From: an uncultured Gemmatimonadales bacterium
Lineage (GTDB): Bacteria; Gemmatimonadota; Gemmatimonadetes; Gemmatimonadales; Gemmatimonadaceae
Length of the DNA stretch: 64,000 nt
Reading direction: 5' to 3'
Assembly: GCA_963707505.1 (NCBI GenBank)
Contig: CAVPQB010000004.1
Span: 384,001-448,000 of the forward strand
Positions 19,849 to 32,422 of this stretch are shown piece by piece. The notes under the pieces were generated by a model. It was given only the letters and a program-made list of their open reading frames with translations, was not told the DNA's origin and did not search any database. Both the position numbers and the translations under genes were made by a program. Position 1 is the stretch's first letter. Every line of letters starts with the position of its first letter.

Positions 19849-21420
19849 TCAATCGCGCCCGAAACTCGCCAGCGTTTCACCCATGACATCGATCGTCGCC
19901 TTTGCGCTCCAGCGATCGCTGCCGTTGTACAGGAATGAAAACGCCAGCACCTCGCCGTTGGTTGCCGTGACGTAACCGGCGAGTGCAATCACGTCGTTCG
20001 TGGTTCCCGTCTTCGCATGCAGATTTCCCTGCGCCGGACTGCCCTTCATACGCGTGCGTTGAGTTCCGCTCTCGCCCGCAACTGGCAGCGACGCATGGAA
20101 TTCGGGGCCCCAGTTCGCGTGGTGTGCGTAATCCAGCAGCTGCACCATCGATCTCGCTGTAACACGGTCGTTCACCGACAACCCGCTCCCATCGGCGTTG
20201 TAGATCGTCGCTGTGTCAGCTCCGACGCGCGCGAAAAACTGATGCATCGCGTGGTTGCCGTTCGCAACTGTGCCCTGCATCGTGTGCTGCGGCCCGCGTG
20301 CACCGTCGCGGAACAGAAGCTCCGCGTAGTGGTTGATGCTTTCGCGATTCATCGCGCTCACCATCCGCGCGAGCGTTGGCGAGGACAGGCTTGCAACCTT
20401 TACGGCCTTCGCTGGAGTCGGCGCAAGTCGCGTCGAGCCGCCGATCGTCACTCCTGCCGCCTGCAGCGCTGCACGGAGCGCGCCGGTCGCGAACATCGCA
20501 GGATCATCGACCACGTAAGAGTAGCGGTGTGTACCGGATTGGCGGCCTATCGATCCCGTAACCGTGATCGTTCCGTCGGATTTCTTGCTCATGTGCAGGT
20601 TGGCGCCCCTGCCTCCAACCGTGCGCGCCTTGTTGACCACAGTCATCGCTGTGGTCATCGGTTCGAGCGCGACTTCGGCGTGACTGCCTGAGCCGGGCGA
20701 GACAGCGACCCACACGATGTTCTCGTTCAGCGAAAGGCCACTCACGCGTGCGGCGTAGCCTGCGCCGAGGTAGCGCGTGAGCCATCCGTCAGGGATGAGG
20801 GAATCGTCGAACGCCGTTGCGTCGCCAACCACATCGCCTGTTATGTGTTTGATTCCCGCAGCAACGACACGTTGGGCGAGCATCGCCATCGGCGCGTTGG
20901 GACCGCCGTCCATGAATCGTCCGGACAGCGATGGATCACCATCGCCACGCAGAATGATGTTGCCCTGGAGTGTGCCGTCGCTCGAAACAGGACCATCGCG
21001 TAGTACGTCCGTGCTGAACTGATACTCCGGTCCGAAACGGTCGAACGCGAGTCCCGTGGTGAAGAGCTTCATCGTTGAGGCAGGTTTCAGCTCCAGCCCG
21101 GGGTTGCGCGAAAAGAGCGTGTCACCACGCGAGACGGATGTGATCATCACGCCCCACTGTCCGCTACGCGTGCGCTCGAGGAAGATGCCGAGATCGCTGG
21201 CAAGCGCGGACGCGCTTCGCGGCGACGTGTAGTGCGCCACAGCGGCGATTGGCGAGGCCGCCTTGGGAGACCTCGATCTTGACGGCTTGCGTCTGTGGTT
21301 CTGAACTACTGCTGCTTTCTTTCGTTTCTTGCTGGTTTTCTGCGCGCTCGCCGCATTTACCGGAAGTGCGATCGCCATCGCGATCAGAACGAGCAGGATA
21401 TTTCGAGTTCTTTGCACCAA
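19849..21420 (-). CDS. dacB: D-Ala-D-Ala carboxypeptidase/endopeptidase (PBP4, peptidase S13)
   Basis: PASTMK (SxxK), SIN (SxN), DGSGLS, AKTGT. Confidence 0.93.
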   Translation of the reverse strand: MVQRTRNILLVLIAMAIALPVNAASAQKTSKKRKKAAVVQNHRRKPSRSRSPKAASPIAAVAHYTSPRSASALASDLGIFLERTRSGQWGVMITSVSRGDTLFSRNPGLELKPASTMKLFTTGLAFDRFGPEYQFSTDVLRDGPVSSDGTLQGNIILRGDGDPSLSGRFMDGGPNAPMAMLAQRVVAAGIKHITGDVVGDATAFDDSLIPDGWLTRYLGAGYAARVSGLSLNENIVWVAVSPGSGSHAEVALEPMTTAMTVVNKARTVGGRGANLHMSKKSDGTITVTGSIGRQSGTHRYSYVVDDPAMFATGALRAALQAAGVTIGGSTRLAPTPAKAVKVASLSSPTLARMVSAMNRESINHYAELLFRDGARGPQHTMQGTVANGNHAMHQFFARVGADTATIYNADGSGLSVNDRVTARSMVQLLDYAHHANWGPEFHASLPVAGESGTQRTRMKGSPAQGNLHAKTGTTNDVIALAGYVTATNGEVLAFSFLYNGSDRWSAKATIDVMGETLASFGRD

Positions 21421-21430
21421 AAAATAGAAG

Positions 21431-22582
21431 CTATACTTTGAGGAAAATCTTTCGTCGGTAGAGTACCGTGAGGATGCCGAACCAGAATACTACTACGCAG
21501 ATCGCGAACGCCAGCGACGCATTGCGCGGCTCGAGCCAGCTCAGGAACACCGATTCGTAGATCGCTGTCTCGAGAGAGACGATCCTGCCGCCGTATGGTA
21601 CCTGAATCAGCGTGTAGATGATCCGCGCCAACACCCCGGATCCCACGAATGCAAGGATCGGGTTCATTCCGTAGATGATGAACGGCTTGGTCCACCACCG
21701 TACTTCTTTGACGTCGACCAGCCAGATGCAACCCGCGAGCGTCACCGCCGCCATGCCGCCGGTGAAGATCACGAAGGAGCTGGTCCAGAGGCTCTTGTTG
21801 ATCGGGAAGACCCAGTTCCACATCAGTCCAACCATCATCGCAAGCGCGCCGACCACGAACATCGCGTTCAGGCGCTCGGCGATCGGCACGTCCTTTCGCG
21901 TAATCCAGCGGCCGGCGAAGACGCCCAGAATCACGGTGCCGATTGCGGGGATGGTGGACAGGATTCCTTCCGGATCCCAGGTCTTGCTACCAACCCAGAG
22001 ATGCGGCAGTCCGAGCACGGTCCGATCGAGCCAGGCCGACAGAACCGCATCCGGGCGGTTCAGCAGCAGCGCGCCGATGGCCCCGTGCTGGCCGGGCACG
22101 GGAACAAGTGTTTGCAGGAACCAGTAGCCGTACAACAGTACGGCCAGGATCACCACCTGCTGCTTGAGCGTCGTTTTCATCGTCAGCAGCGCGCCGGCAA
22201 TGTAGCAGACGCCGATTCGTGCCAGGACGCCACCGAATCGTAGCTCGGTGATCCGTGTCAGGGGATAGTACGGGAATCCCGCCATGAGCCAGCCCAGCAG
22301 CACGATGATGAGACCGCGGCGTAGGATCTGGAGAATTATGTCGCGATCGGTCGCGCCACGCGCTCGGCGCGAGCTGAGCGAGAGATGCGTGGTGACCCCG
22401 ACAATGAACAGAAAGAAGGGGAAGATGACATCGGTCGGCGTCCAACCGTTCCACGCGGCGTGCTCGAGCGGCGGGTAGATCGCGCCCCAGCTCCCCGGGT
22501 TGTTTACAAGCAGCATACCCGCGATGGTCACACCTCGAAAAACATCGAGGGACAGAAGGCGGGCGGGCGCGGCACGCTCCAT
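21431..22582 (-). CDS. Heparan-alpha-glucosaminide N-acetyltransferase-like membrane acyltransferase (NagX-like)
   Basis: RLLSLDVFRG, HAAWNG, FPFFLFIVG, DPEGILST, PINKSLWTSS. Confidence 0.9.
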   Translation of the reverse strand: MERAAPARLLSLDVFRGVTIAGMLLVNNPGSWGAIYPPLEHAAWNGWTPTDVIFPFFLFIVGVTTHLSLSSRRARGATDRDIILQILRRGLIIVLLGWLMAGFPYYPLTRITELRFGGVLARIGVCYIAGALLTMKTTLKQQVVILAVLLYGYWFLQTLVPVPGQHGAIGALLLNRPDAVLSAWLDRTVLGLPHLWVGSKTWDPEGILSTIPAIGTVILGVFAGRWITRKDVPIAERLNAMFVVGALAMMVGLMWNWVFPINKSLWTSSFVIFTGGMAAVTLAGCIWLVDVKEVRWWTKPFIIYGMNPILAFVGSGVLARIIYTLIQVPYGGRIVSLETAIYESVFLSWLEPRNASLAFAICVVVFWFGILTVLYRRKIFLKV

Positions 22583-22675
22583 GATACAAATATACGAGGC
22601 GGCGCCGATTGTCGTTTATACGGATTTGAGCCAATATTACCTGTCGGCGTTCCCTACTTTCGCACAGGAGAATGC

Positions 22676-23179
22676 ATGCCCGTTCGTGAACACAACACGA
22701 TTCGTGAAGGGATTTATGCAGGTGTGTTGAGCGCGACAGTGATCGCGGTCTGGCTACTGATCGTCGATACGATCGAACACCATCCGTTCTTCACCCCCGA
22801 CGTTCTGGGCACAGGGCTGCTTCGGTTCCTCGGCGCGCCGCACATGAGCGATACGATGGCGCTGCACGTCACGATCTACACGATATTCCACTACGTCGCG
22901 TTCGCAATAATCGGAATCATCGTCGCCTGGACGGTGCACCAGGCGCGCCGCACACCGGCGATTCTCGCCGGATTTCTTATAACGTTCGTGATAGTGGAAG
23001 GCGGCTTCTACGGACTGGCCGCGCTATTGAGCGTGACAACCGCGCTGGGCGGCATTGCGTGGTATCAGATCATGGTCGCGAATCTGCTCGCGTCGATCGT
23101 CATGTTCACTTTCATGTGGGTGCGTCACCCTGATCTCAAGGGACACTTCGCCGAGGCGCTCGACGGAACTGACGCGTGA
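22676..23179 (+). CDS. Hypothetical 4-TM membrane protein
   Basis: AGGAG RBS before MPVREH; four hydrophobic segments; convergent on the cox operon. Confidence 0.75.
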   Translation: MPVREHNTIREGIYAGVLSATVIAVWLLIVDTIEHHPFFTPDVLGTGLLRFLGAPHMSDTMALHVTIYTIFHYVAFAIIGIIVAWTVHQARRTPAILAGFLITFVIVEGGFYGLAALLSVTTALGGIAWYQIMVANLLASIVMFTFMWVRHPDLKGHFAEALDGTDA

Positions 23180-23181
23180 CG

Positions 23182-24040
23182 TCAGCGGACTGGGTCAGCT
23201 TCGGCGACCCAGTCCACCTGCGCCGCGGCAAGGCTGTCCTCGCCGCGAGCGACCCACTTGAAGAAGACGAACGTCATCAGCCCGTAGAATACAAAGCTGC
23301 CGGGCATCCACATGATCAGCCCGCCAGCCTGCTGATCCATCATCGGCGTGATGTGCCACAGACGTGGCGCGGCCGCGTACGCCGGATATAGCACGTGATC
23401 GGCCATCGTGATGTAGATCGCGACGACCGACATCGGGAGCGTCGTCAGGAAGCAGTACAGCAGCTGTCCGGGATACGATAGCCGCGGCAGCTCGGGCATC
23501 GGGCTGAGAAATGGCCACCACATCAGTACTGCGGCAGCGATGAACATGAGGTGCTCGACCGATGTGGATGTTGTGATTCGCCATCGCCGCATTGTAAAAC
23601 ACCGGCAGATGCCAGCCGATGATCACGAGATTGAAAATCACGTAGCACGATACCGGGCGCGTGACGAATTTCGCGACGGCACGCACTGCTCTCGGCTTGA
23701 TCAGCGGACGAAGCATCCATCCGGGCGTTCCGGCGATCAGCAGCGGCGGAAGCAACAGTGTGAGCAGCAGGTGCTGCACCATGTGGGCGCTGAACAGGTA
23801 GTAGTCGCTCAGATCGTGCAGCGGACCGTTCAGCGAGGCGAACATCACGAACAGGCCGGCGAAGAACGTGAGCTTCTGTCTGCCCGTCGGTGTGCCCGGC
23901 TCGGGGGCGCGCGATGCGCGCCAGAGATACAGTGCGGCGAGAGCCGCGATGCCGATTACCGTGCTCCAGTGAACCGACCAGCCCGTCCACCCGACCTGCG
24001 CGACCGGGTGGAGGGCCAACAACAACAGCAGGTTATCCAC
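23182..24040 (-). CDS. ctaG: Cytochrome c oxidase assembly factor (Caa3_CtaG family); frameshift ~23560
   Basis: YLFSAHMVQHLLL, WHLP, EHL, DQQAGGLIMWMPG. Confidence 0.88.
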
Positions 24041-24393
24041 CGTGTCCTAGATGCAGGTGTCCAAAGAGAAACAGAAGTGCCATGAGCGTGCAACACGCAA
24101 TTATCAACGGACCCGTGAACAGAACTCGGAACAGCTTGGAATCGTAACGAAGATGCATGTAGAAGAGCACGACTATCACGAACTTCACCGCGCTCAGGGT
24201 CAGCAGCGTGGGGAGAAACAGTCGTCGATGCAACGAAGGAAGGAATGTAGTAAACCCAGACCTCGCCGACCGTGATGAGGGTCAGGATGACCGCGACCTT
24301 CCAGTAAATCGACCAGCCTGGACCCGTGTGCTCATGGCCCGCGGCAGCTTCCTGGGCGGGTGTCAGAGCGGAATGGCCTTGTGAGTGATCCAT
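24033..24393 (-). CDS. ctaF: Cytochrome c oxidase subunit IV family; frameshift ~24225
   Basis: YWKVAVILTLITVGEV plus KFVIVVLFYMHLRYD. Confidence 0.8.
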
Positions 24394-24398
24394 CTGAT

Positions 24399-25078
24399 TT
24401 ACCGGATGAGATAGACGAGTGTGAAGATCGCGATCCAGATGACGTCGACGAAGTGCCAGTACAGTGCCATGATGTCGACGCTGAGCGCGTCCGACGGACC
24501 GAGGCCGCGCTTGAAGTCGATGAACAGCATCGACAGGATCCAGATCACGCCGGCGGTGACGTGCGCGCCGTGGAATCCGGTGAGCGTGAAGAACGTGGAC
24601 CCGAACAGGTTCGTCTTGATCGTGAGTCCTTCGTTGACGAACGACGTGAACTCATACGCCTGGCATCCAAGGAAGTCGAGTCCGAGCGAGCGCCGTCATG
24701 AAGAGCCACAGCTTGGAATTGCCGAGGATTCGCTCGCCGAGCTTGTGCTGCGGCTTGCCCTTGTTCTCGACCGCGGAAAGCGCGAGCACCATCGCAAGCG
24801 ACGACATGAGGAGAACGAATGTCGAGGCCGATGTGACCGGGATGTTCAGAATCGCTTGATAGACATGTGCCCGTGGATGGGTCTGTCCACGGGGTCGTGC
24901 GGGATACGGCCCGACGACACTCCGATCCTTGTAGATCAGGTATGTCGAGATGAGCGAGACGAAGAGCATGCACTCCGAGCCGATGAAGGCCCAGATCGCG
25001 ATCTTCCGGTTTTCGAGGCCAGTGCTCGAATAGTGAGTGCGACGCGGGCGCGGGTGTGCAGTAGCGGTATGCTGACAT
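24399..25078 (-). CDS. ctaE: Cytochrome c oxidase subunit III; several apparent frameshifts
   Basis: WAFIGSECMLF, TFVLLMSS, FFTLTGFHGAHV, LYWHFVDVIWIAIF by manual translation. Confidence 0.88.
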
Positions 25079-25081
25079 GGT

Positions 25082-26967
<1,886 letters not shown>

Positions 26968-26979
26968 TTGTCTTCGCGC

Positions 26980-28298
26980 CTACTTGAGTGCTTGGAGGTA
27001 TGCCACGAGATCAGCAACCTGCTGGTCGGACAGCCCTGACGGAGTTGTTGCCTTCGTCTGCGGGTCGTACTGACCCTTGCCGAGCGTCGGCATCAGAACG
27101 CCGGACTTCATCAAACGCGCGTTCTTGATCCAACGGGAAAGATGCGGCTTGTCGTTGACGTACATGCCAGCCGCGATCGCGATGCGCGATCCGACGTGCG
27201 TGAGGTTCGGTCCGATCGTGCCGACCGCGAGCGGGTTCCCGCGATACCGAGTGACACGCGTTGCATGTACCTGCGCCGACGAACAGCTTCTCGCCCGCCG
27301 CGGGATCGCCCTGCAGCTTGTCGTCGAACTTGACTGCGTCGGGGAAAGGCGTGTGCGGAATTGCGTAATCCGGTACCTGGGCGCGCGGCAGGATGTAAGC
27401 AGCAAGCTGTGCCGGTGTCGCTGTCGGCGGTGCTGGTGTAGCCGCGTGTAGCCGGTGCGTTGGTAGACCCAGCGGTAGTCGTGGCAGCCGTACTCGTAGC
27501 GGCGGCAACGGCCGCTGGCGCTCGCGGGAGTTGCGGCGCCGCCGGCGCCGGCGGTGGGCTGAAGAAGCCGGGCGCCTGTTGCCGCGTGACCCAGCTCGCG
27601 AACTGATCCGGATTCACAGTCACCACACGGAAGTGCATCTCACCGTGCGAGTCACCGCAGTACTCGGTACAGAAGCCATTCCACACCGTCGTCGCCATGT
27701 TGGTGTCGGGTGTGAACCAGATATGGTTGGTGTGATTCGGGATCGCGTCACGCTTGCCTGCCAGCTGCGGCACCCAGAACGAGTGAATGACATCCTGCGA
27801 GTGGAGCACGAGATCGACCGTGCGTCCCTTCGGGATGTAGATCTCGTTCGCCGTAGTGAACTTGTACTGCGGGTAGCGGAATTCCCACCACCATTGGTGA
27901 CCGTAAACCTCGATCACCAGCGAATTTGCCGGCGCGGGTGCTTGCGTCTGAAAGATGGTCCGGACCGTCGGCACCGCGATGAACACGAGAATCGCCGCCG
28001 GAATGAGAGTCCAGGTAATCTCCAGCAACACGTGGCCGTGTGTCTGCGGCGGAGTCACATCCTCGCTGCGCCGGCGGTAGCGGATGACCACGTAGAGCAG
28101 CGCCCCCTCGACGAGAACGAATACGATCGTTCCGAAGAACATGAGGCGATCCCACAGGAAGTCGATCGAGCGACCGAGATCCGAGTGAGGTGTGAACGTC
28201 GTGTTGGGGTAGCTTTGAGCGCAGGCCGCGAGCGCCAACGCGAGCACCGCTGCCACGCCGAGCGGGGCGAGCCGGCGCAGGCGATGAGAGCCTATCAT
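26980..28298 (-). CDS. ctaC: Cytochrome c oxidase subunit II with C-terminal cytochrome c (caa3 type), lipoprotein; frameshifts in linker and cytochrome c region
   Basis: LAAC lipobox, HQWWW, DVIHSFW, CTEYCGDSHGEM CuA site, CNACH heme motif, GPNLTH. Confidence 0.93.
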
Positions 28299-28410
28299 GA
28301 TAGTGGGTTGAGGGTGGATCTGTTCAGCAGTGGTAAGATAGGGAGTATTGCCGGGGTGGGCTACCCGCGGAGCCTCTCAAAAATTGTCAAACACGGCTTG
28401 AGGACCTTGA

Positions 28411-28463
28411 ACGCGCCTTCTACGCGCCGTCTACGCGCCTTCAGCGCGCTTTCAGCGCGCCTT
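28411..28463. repeat. Degenerate 11-bp tandem repeat (about 5 copies) over the aspA stop, upstream of the cox operon
   Basis: acgcgccttct acgcgccgtct acgcgccttca gcgcgctttca gcgcgcctt. Confidence 0.7.
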
Positions 28464-29886
28464 GGGTTTCGTCATCGCTTCCGGATTGAGCAACTGGTCC
28501 AGCTCCTCGCGCGTCATCAGTCCGCGCTCCAGCACCAGCTCGAAGACGCCACGCCCGGACTGCAGCGCGACGCGCGCGATGTCGGTCGCAGCCTCGTAGC
28601 CAATGACCGGTACCAGCGCAGTGACAATGCCGATCGAGTGTTCAACAAAGTGGCGCATGCGCTCGGGGTTTGCTGTGACGCCTGTCACACATCGCGTGCG
28701 CAATACGTCGCATGCATTGCGCAGCATCGACATGCCGCGCAGCAGTCGATAGGCTATCATCGGCTCGAAAACGTTCAGCTGAAGCTGACCGGCTTCTGCC
28801 GCCATGGTCACCGTCACGTCGCCCCCGATCACGTCGAAGCAGACCTGATTCACCACTTCAGGAATCACGGGGTTGACCTTGCCAGGCATGATCGACGATC
28901 CCGGCTGCATGGGTGGGAGATTGATTTCACCGAATCCGGCACGTGGTCCGGATGACAGCAGTCTGAGATCGTTGCAGATTTTGGAAAGCTTTACGGCGCA
29001 ACGCTTTAGCACACCGGACAGTTGAACGAAAACACCTGTATCGGCCGTTGCTTCGACTAGATCGGGCGCGGTTATCAACGTCAGCCCTGTGACCCTCGAC
29101 AGCTCCCGTCGAACCGACTCCGCGTAGCCCTCAGGCGCGTTTATCCCGGTGCCAATGGCCGTCGCGCCCATGTTGATCTCGCAGAATCAGCTTCTGGGCC
29201 TCGCCCAGGCGGTCGACGTCTTCGAGGATGGTATGAGCGAAGGCGCTGAACTCCTGGCCGAGCGTCATGGGCACTGCGTCCTGGAGCTGCGTGCGGCCCA
29301 TCTTGATGAAAGAACTGAACTCCTCGCCTTTTACGAGAAATGCGCCCGCGAGCGCGCCCATCGCCGTCTGCAGCTCGGTGATGCTCGCGTGCAGCGCCAG
29401 CTTGACCGCGGTCGGATATACGTCGTTGGTCGACTGGCTCAGATTGACGTGGTTGTTCGGATGAATCACGTCGTACGAGCCGCGCGGAAGACCGAGTGAC
29501 TCCAGCGCGAGATTGGCGATCACCTCGTTCGCGTTCATGTTGGTCGAGGTTCCGGCGCCCCCCTGGATCATGTCCACCGGGAACTGGTCGCCGTGCTCAC
29601 CGCGCCGCAGAGTCTCCGCGGCGCCGACTATGGCACGCGCAATTTTCGCGTCCAGCAGGCCGAGCTCCTCATTCGCGAGCGCCGCGGCCTCCTTGACCGA
29701 GGCGAGCGCCGCCACGAGGGTCGGAAACTGGCCGACGTAGGTACCGGAAATCGGGAAATTCTCCAGTGCACGGAGCGTCTGCACGCCGTACAGGGCGTCT
29801 GCTGGTACGCTGCGCTCGCCGAGTAGATCGTGCTCGATCCGGCTCGACTGATTCGATGACGTGGGGTGTGTGGGTGTTTGCGGCAT
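28452..29886 (-). CDS. aspA: Aspartate ammonia-lyase; frameshift ~29180
   Basis: RIEHDLLG, YGVQTLRALENF, QGGAGTSTNMNANEV, SQSTND, GRTQLQDA, GSSIMPGKVNP. Confidence 0.93.
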
Positions 29887-29965
29887 CGCCAAAAGCTACG
29901 CACACGCGACCATTTTCGGGACTTCTGCCGGCTACGGGGCTATGCAGCACCCTTATTTTGAGTGC

Positions 29966-32338
29966 ATGGAATCAGTCGATCGCCAATCCGAAACCGTTCC
30001 GCCTTACGATCCAGGCGCGATAGAGGCCAAATGGCGCGCGCGCTGGGCCGCGCGCGGCACCAATGTCGCCAACATACGTGGCGCCGAGCGTCCGTACTAC
30101 GCGTTGATGATGTTTCCATATCCGTCAGCAGAAGGGTTGCATGTCGGAAACATGTTCGCGTTCACGGGCAATGACATTTTTGCACGTTACCAGCGGATGC
30201 AGGGACTCGACGTGTTCGAGCCGCTGGGCTACGACGCGTTCGGAATCCATTCCGAGAACTACGCGCTCAAGGTCGGCGTGCATCCGGCTGAGATGATTCC
30301 GCGCAACATCGCCAACTTCCGGCGCCAGCTGGAGAACGGCGGCTTGATGGTGGACTGGACTCGGTCGCTGTCGACCACCGATCCGGAATATTATCGCTGG
30401 ACGCAGTGGGTATTTCTTCAGCTTTACAAGCAGGGGCTTGTATACAGGAAGGCCGCTGCAGTGAACTGGTGCCCGACCGACAAGACCGTGCTCGCCAACG
30501 AGCAGGTCATCGCGGGCGAGTGCGAGCGTTGCGGCAGCAAGGTCGAGCAGCGCTTTCTGGAGCAGTGGTTCTTCGCGATCTCGCGTTATGCGGATCGCCT
30601 GCTCAAGAATCTCGACAATCTCGACTGGTCCGAGACAACGAAGACAGCGCAACGCAACTGGATCGGCAAATCCGAAGGGGCGGAGATCTGGTTCGATGGA
30701 ATCAAGGTCTTCACGACGCGCCCCGACACGATATACGGTGCGACCTACGTCGTGCTCGCGCCGGAGCACCCGCTGGTCGATGCGCACACCACCGATGCGC
30801 AGCGCGCTGCAGTCGATGAGTATCGAGAGCGTGCATCGCGTCGCGATCTCGTTTCGCGCAAGACGACCAGGGACAAGACGGGCGTCGCGACCGGGAGCAC
30901 CGTTACGAATCCCGCAACGGGTGAGCAGATCCCTGTGTGGATTTCGGATTACGTGCTGATGGAGTATGGCACCGGCGCAATAATGGCTGTGCCTGCACAC
31001 GACGAGCGGGATCTGGAATTTGCGCACGGATTCGAGCTCCCGGTGAAGACAGTCGTGCACGAAGATGAAACGCTGATCGATTCTGGCGAGTTCAGCGGCA
31101 TGACGGTGCACGCGGCGAAACACGCGATCGTCAAATCGCTCGAGGCCAGAGGCAAGGCCACGCCCGTTACGAATTACCGGCTGCATGACTGGTGCATCTC
31201 GCGGCAACGTTACTGGGGTCCGCCGATTCCGATCATCTACTGCGACGAGTGCGGCGTGGTGCCGGTTCCGGAGAAGGATCTCCCGGTGCTGCTACCGATG
31301 ATCGACGACTTCAAGCCGGACGACTCGGGCATCTCGCCACTCGCCCGTCACGACGAGTGGTATCGCGTGCCGTGTCCGACCTGCGGAAAGATCGCGCGTC
31401 GTGAGACCGATGTATCCGACACGTTCCTCGACAGCGCCTGGTACTTCCTGCGCTATCCGAGCGTTGGCGATGATAGCCAACCATTCGATCCTGCGATCAC
31501 GCGCAAGTGGCTGCCGGTCGATTCGTACATCGGTGGAAACGAGCACGCTGTGCTGCACCTGTTGTATTCCCGCTTCGTGACGATGGTGCTGCACGATGCC
31601 GGCTTGCTCGACTTCGAGGAGCCGTTCACCAAGTTCCGCGCGCACGGTCTCATCATTCGCGAAGGCGCGAAGATGTCCAAGAGCAAGGGCAATGTGGTGA
31701 ATCCGGACGAGTACATCGACACGTGGGGTGCTGACGCGTTTCGTACCTACCTCATGTTTCTCGGGCCGTTTGAAGAGGGCGGGGACTTCCGAGATAAGGG
31801 AATCTCCGGCGTGCGCCGTTTTCTCGATCGTCTCTGGGTTTCGGTGCGCGACGGCACGGCTGACGGAACTCCGGACCCGGAAGTCGAGCGCAAGTTGCAC
31901 GCTACAATCAAAAAGGTCGGCGAGGACATTCCGCGCTTGAGCTACAACACGGCTGTGGCCGCGATGATGGAGTACATGAACGTGCTCCGCAAATCCGATC
32001 GTGTTCCGCGCCGCGCCGAGGTCGAGCCGCTGGTGCAGCTGGTCGCGCCATTCGCTCCGCATCTCGCCGAGGAGCTGTGGGAGCAGCTCGGCCACGACGG
32101 CAGCGTATTTGATTCACGCTGGCCGGAGTTCGACCAGTCGTTGCTCGTCGACGACGAGATCGACCTGGTGGTTCAGGTGAATGGAAAGGTGCGCGGCAAG
32201 ATCCGTGTTGCGCGTGATGTCACGCAGGAATCCGCGCTTGCGGCAGCGATGCACAACGCCACGATCGCGAAGTTCATCGCGTCGACGCCGAAGAAGGTAG
32301 TGTTCGTGCCGGGGCGATTGCTAAACGTCGTGGTGTAG
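29966..32338 (+). CDS. leuS: Leucyl-tRNA synthetase
   Basis: MFPYPS...HVGN, FTTRPDT, GTGAIMAVPAHD, DWCISRQRYWG, KMSKS, VQVNGKVR. Confidence 0.97.
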   Translation: MESVDRQSETVPPYDPGAIEAKWRARWAARGTNVANIRGAERPYYALMMFPYPSAEGLHVGNMFAFTGNDIFARYQRMQGLDVFEPLGYDAFGIHSENYALKVGVHPAEMIPRNIANFRRQLENGGLMVDWTRSLSTTDPEYYRWTQWVFLQLYKQGLVYRKAAAVNWCPTDKTVLANEQVIAGECERCGSKVEQRFLEQWFFAISRYADRLLKNLDNLDWSETTKTAQRNWIGKSEGAEIWFDGIKVFTTRPDTIYGATYVVLAPEHPLVDAHTTDAQRAAVDEYRERASRRDLVSRKTTRDKTGVATGSTVTNPATGEQIPVWISDYVLMEYGTGAIMAVPAHDERDLEFAHGFELPVKTVVHEDETLIDSGEFSGMTVHAAKHAIVKSLEARGKATPVTNYRLHDWCISRQRYWGPPIPIIYCDECGVVPVPEKDLPVLLPMIDDFKPDDSGISPLARHDEWYRVPCPTCGKIARRETDVSDTFLDSAWYFLRYPSVGDDSQPFDPAITRKWLPVDSYIGGNEHAVLHLLYSRFVTMVLHDAGLLDFEEPFTKFRAHGLIIREGAKMSKSKGNVVNPDEYIDTWGADAFRTYLMFLGPFEEGGDFRDKGISGVRRFLDRLWVSVRDGTADGTPDPEVERKLHATIKKVGEDIPRLSYNTAVAAMMEYMNVLRKSDRVPRRAEVEPLVQLVAPFAPHLAEELWEQLGHDGSVFDSRWPEFDQSLLVDDEIDLVVQVNGKVRGKIRVARDVTQESALAAAMHNATIAKFIASTPKKVVFVPGRLLNVVV

Positions 32339-32422
32339 CCATTCATAGCGGCGCGTTGTGACGGCGCCCACCCACCGGCCGCGATGCCTCGCGGCTGTGG
32401 GGCACGGATGCATCCATGCCTG

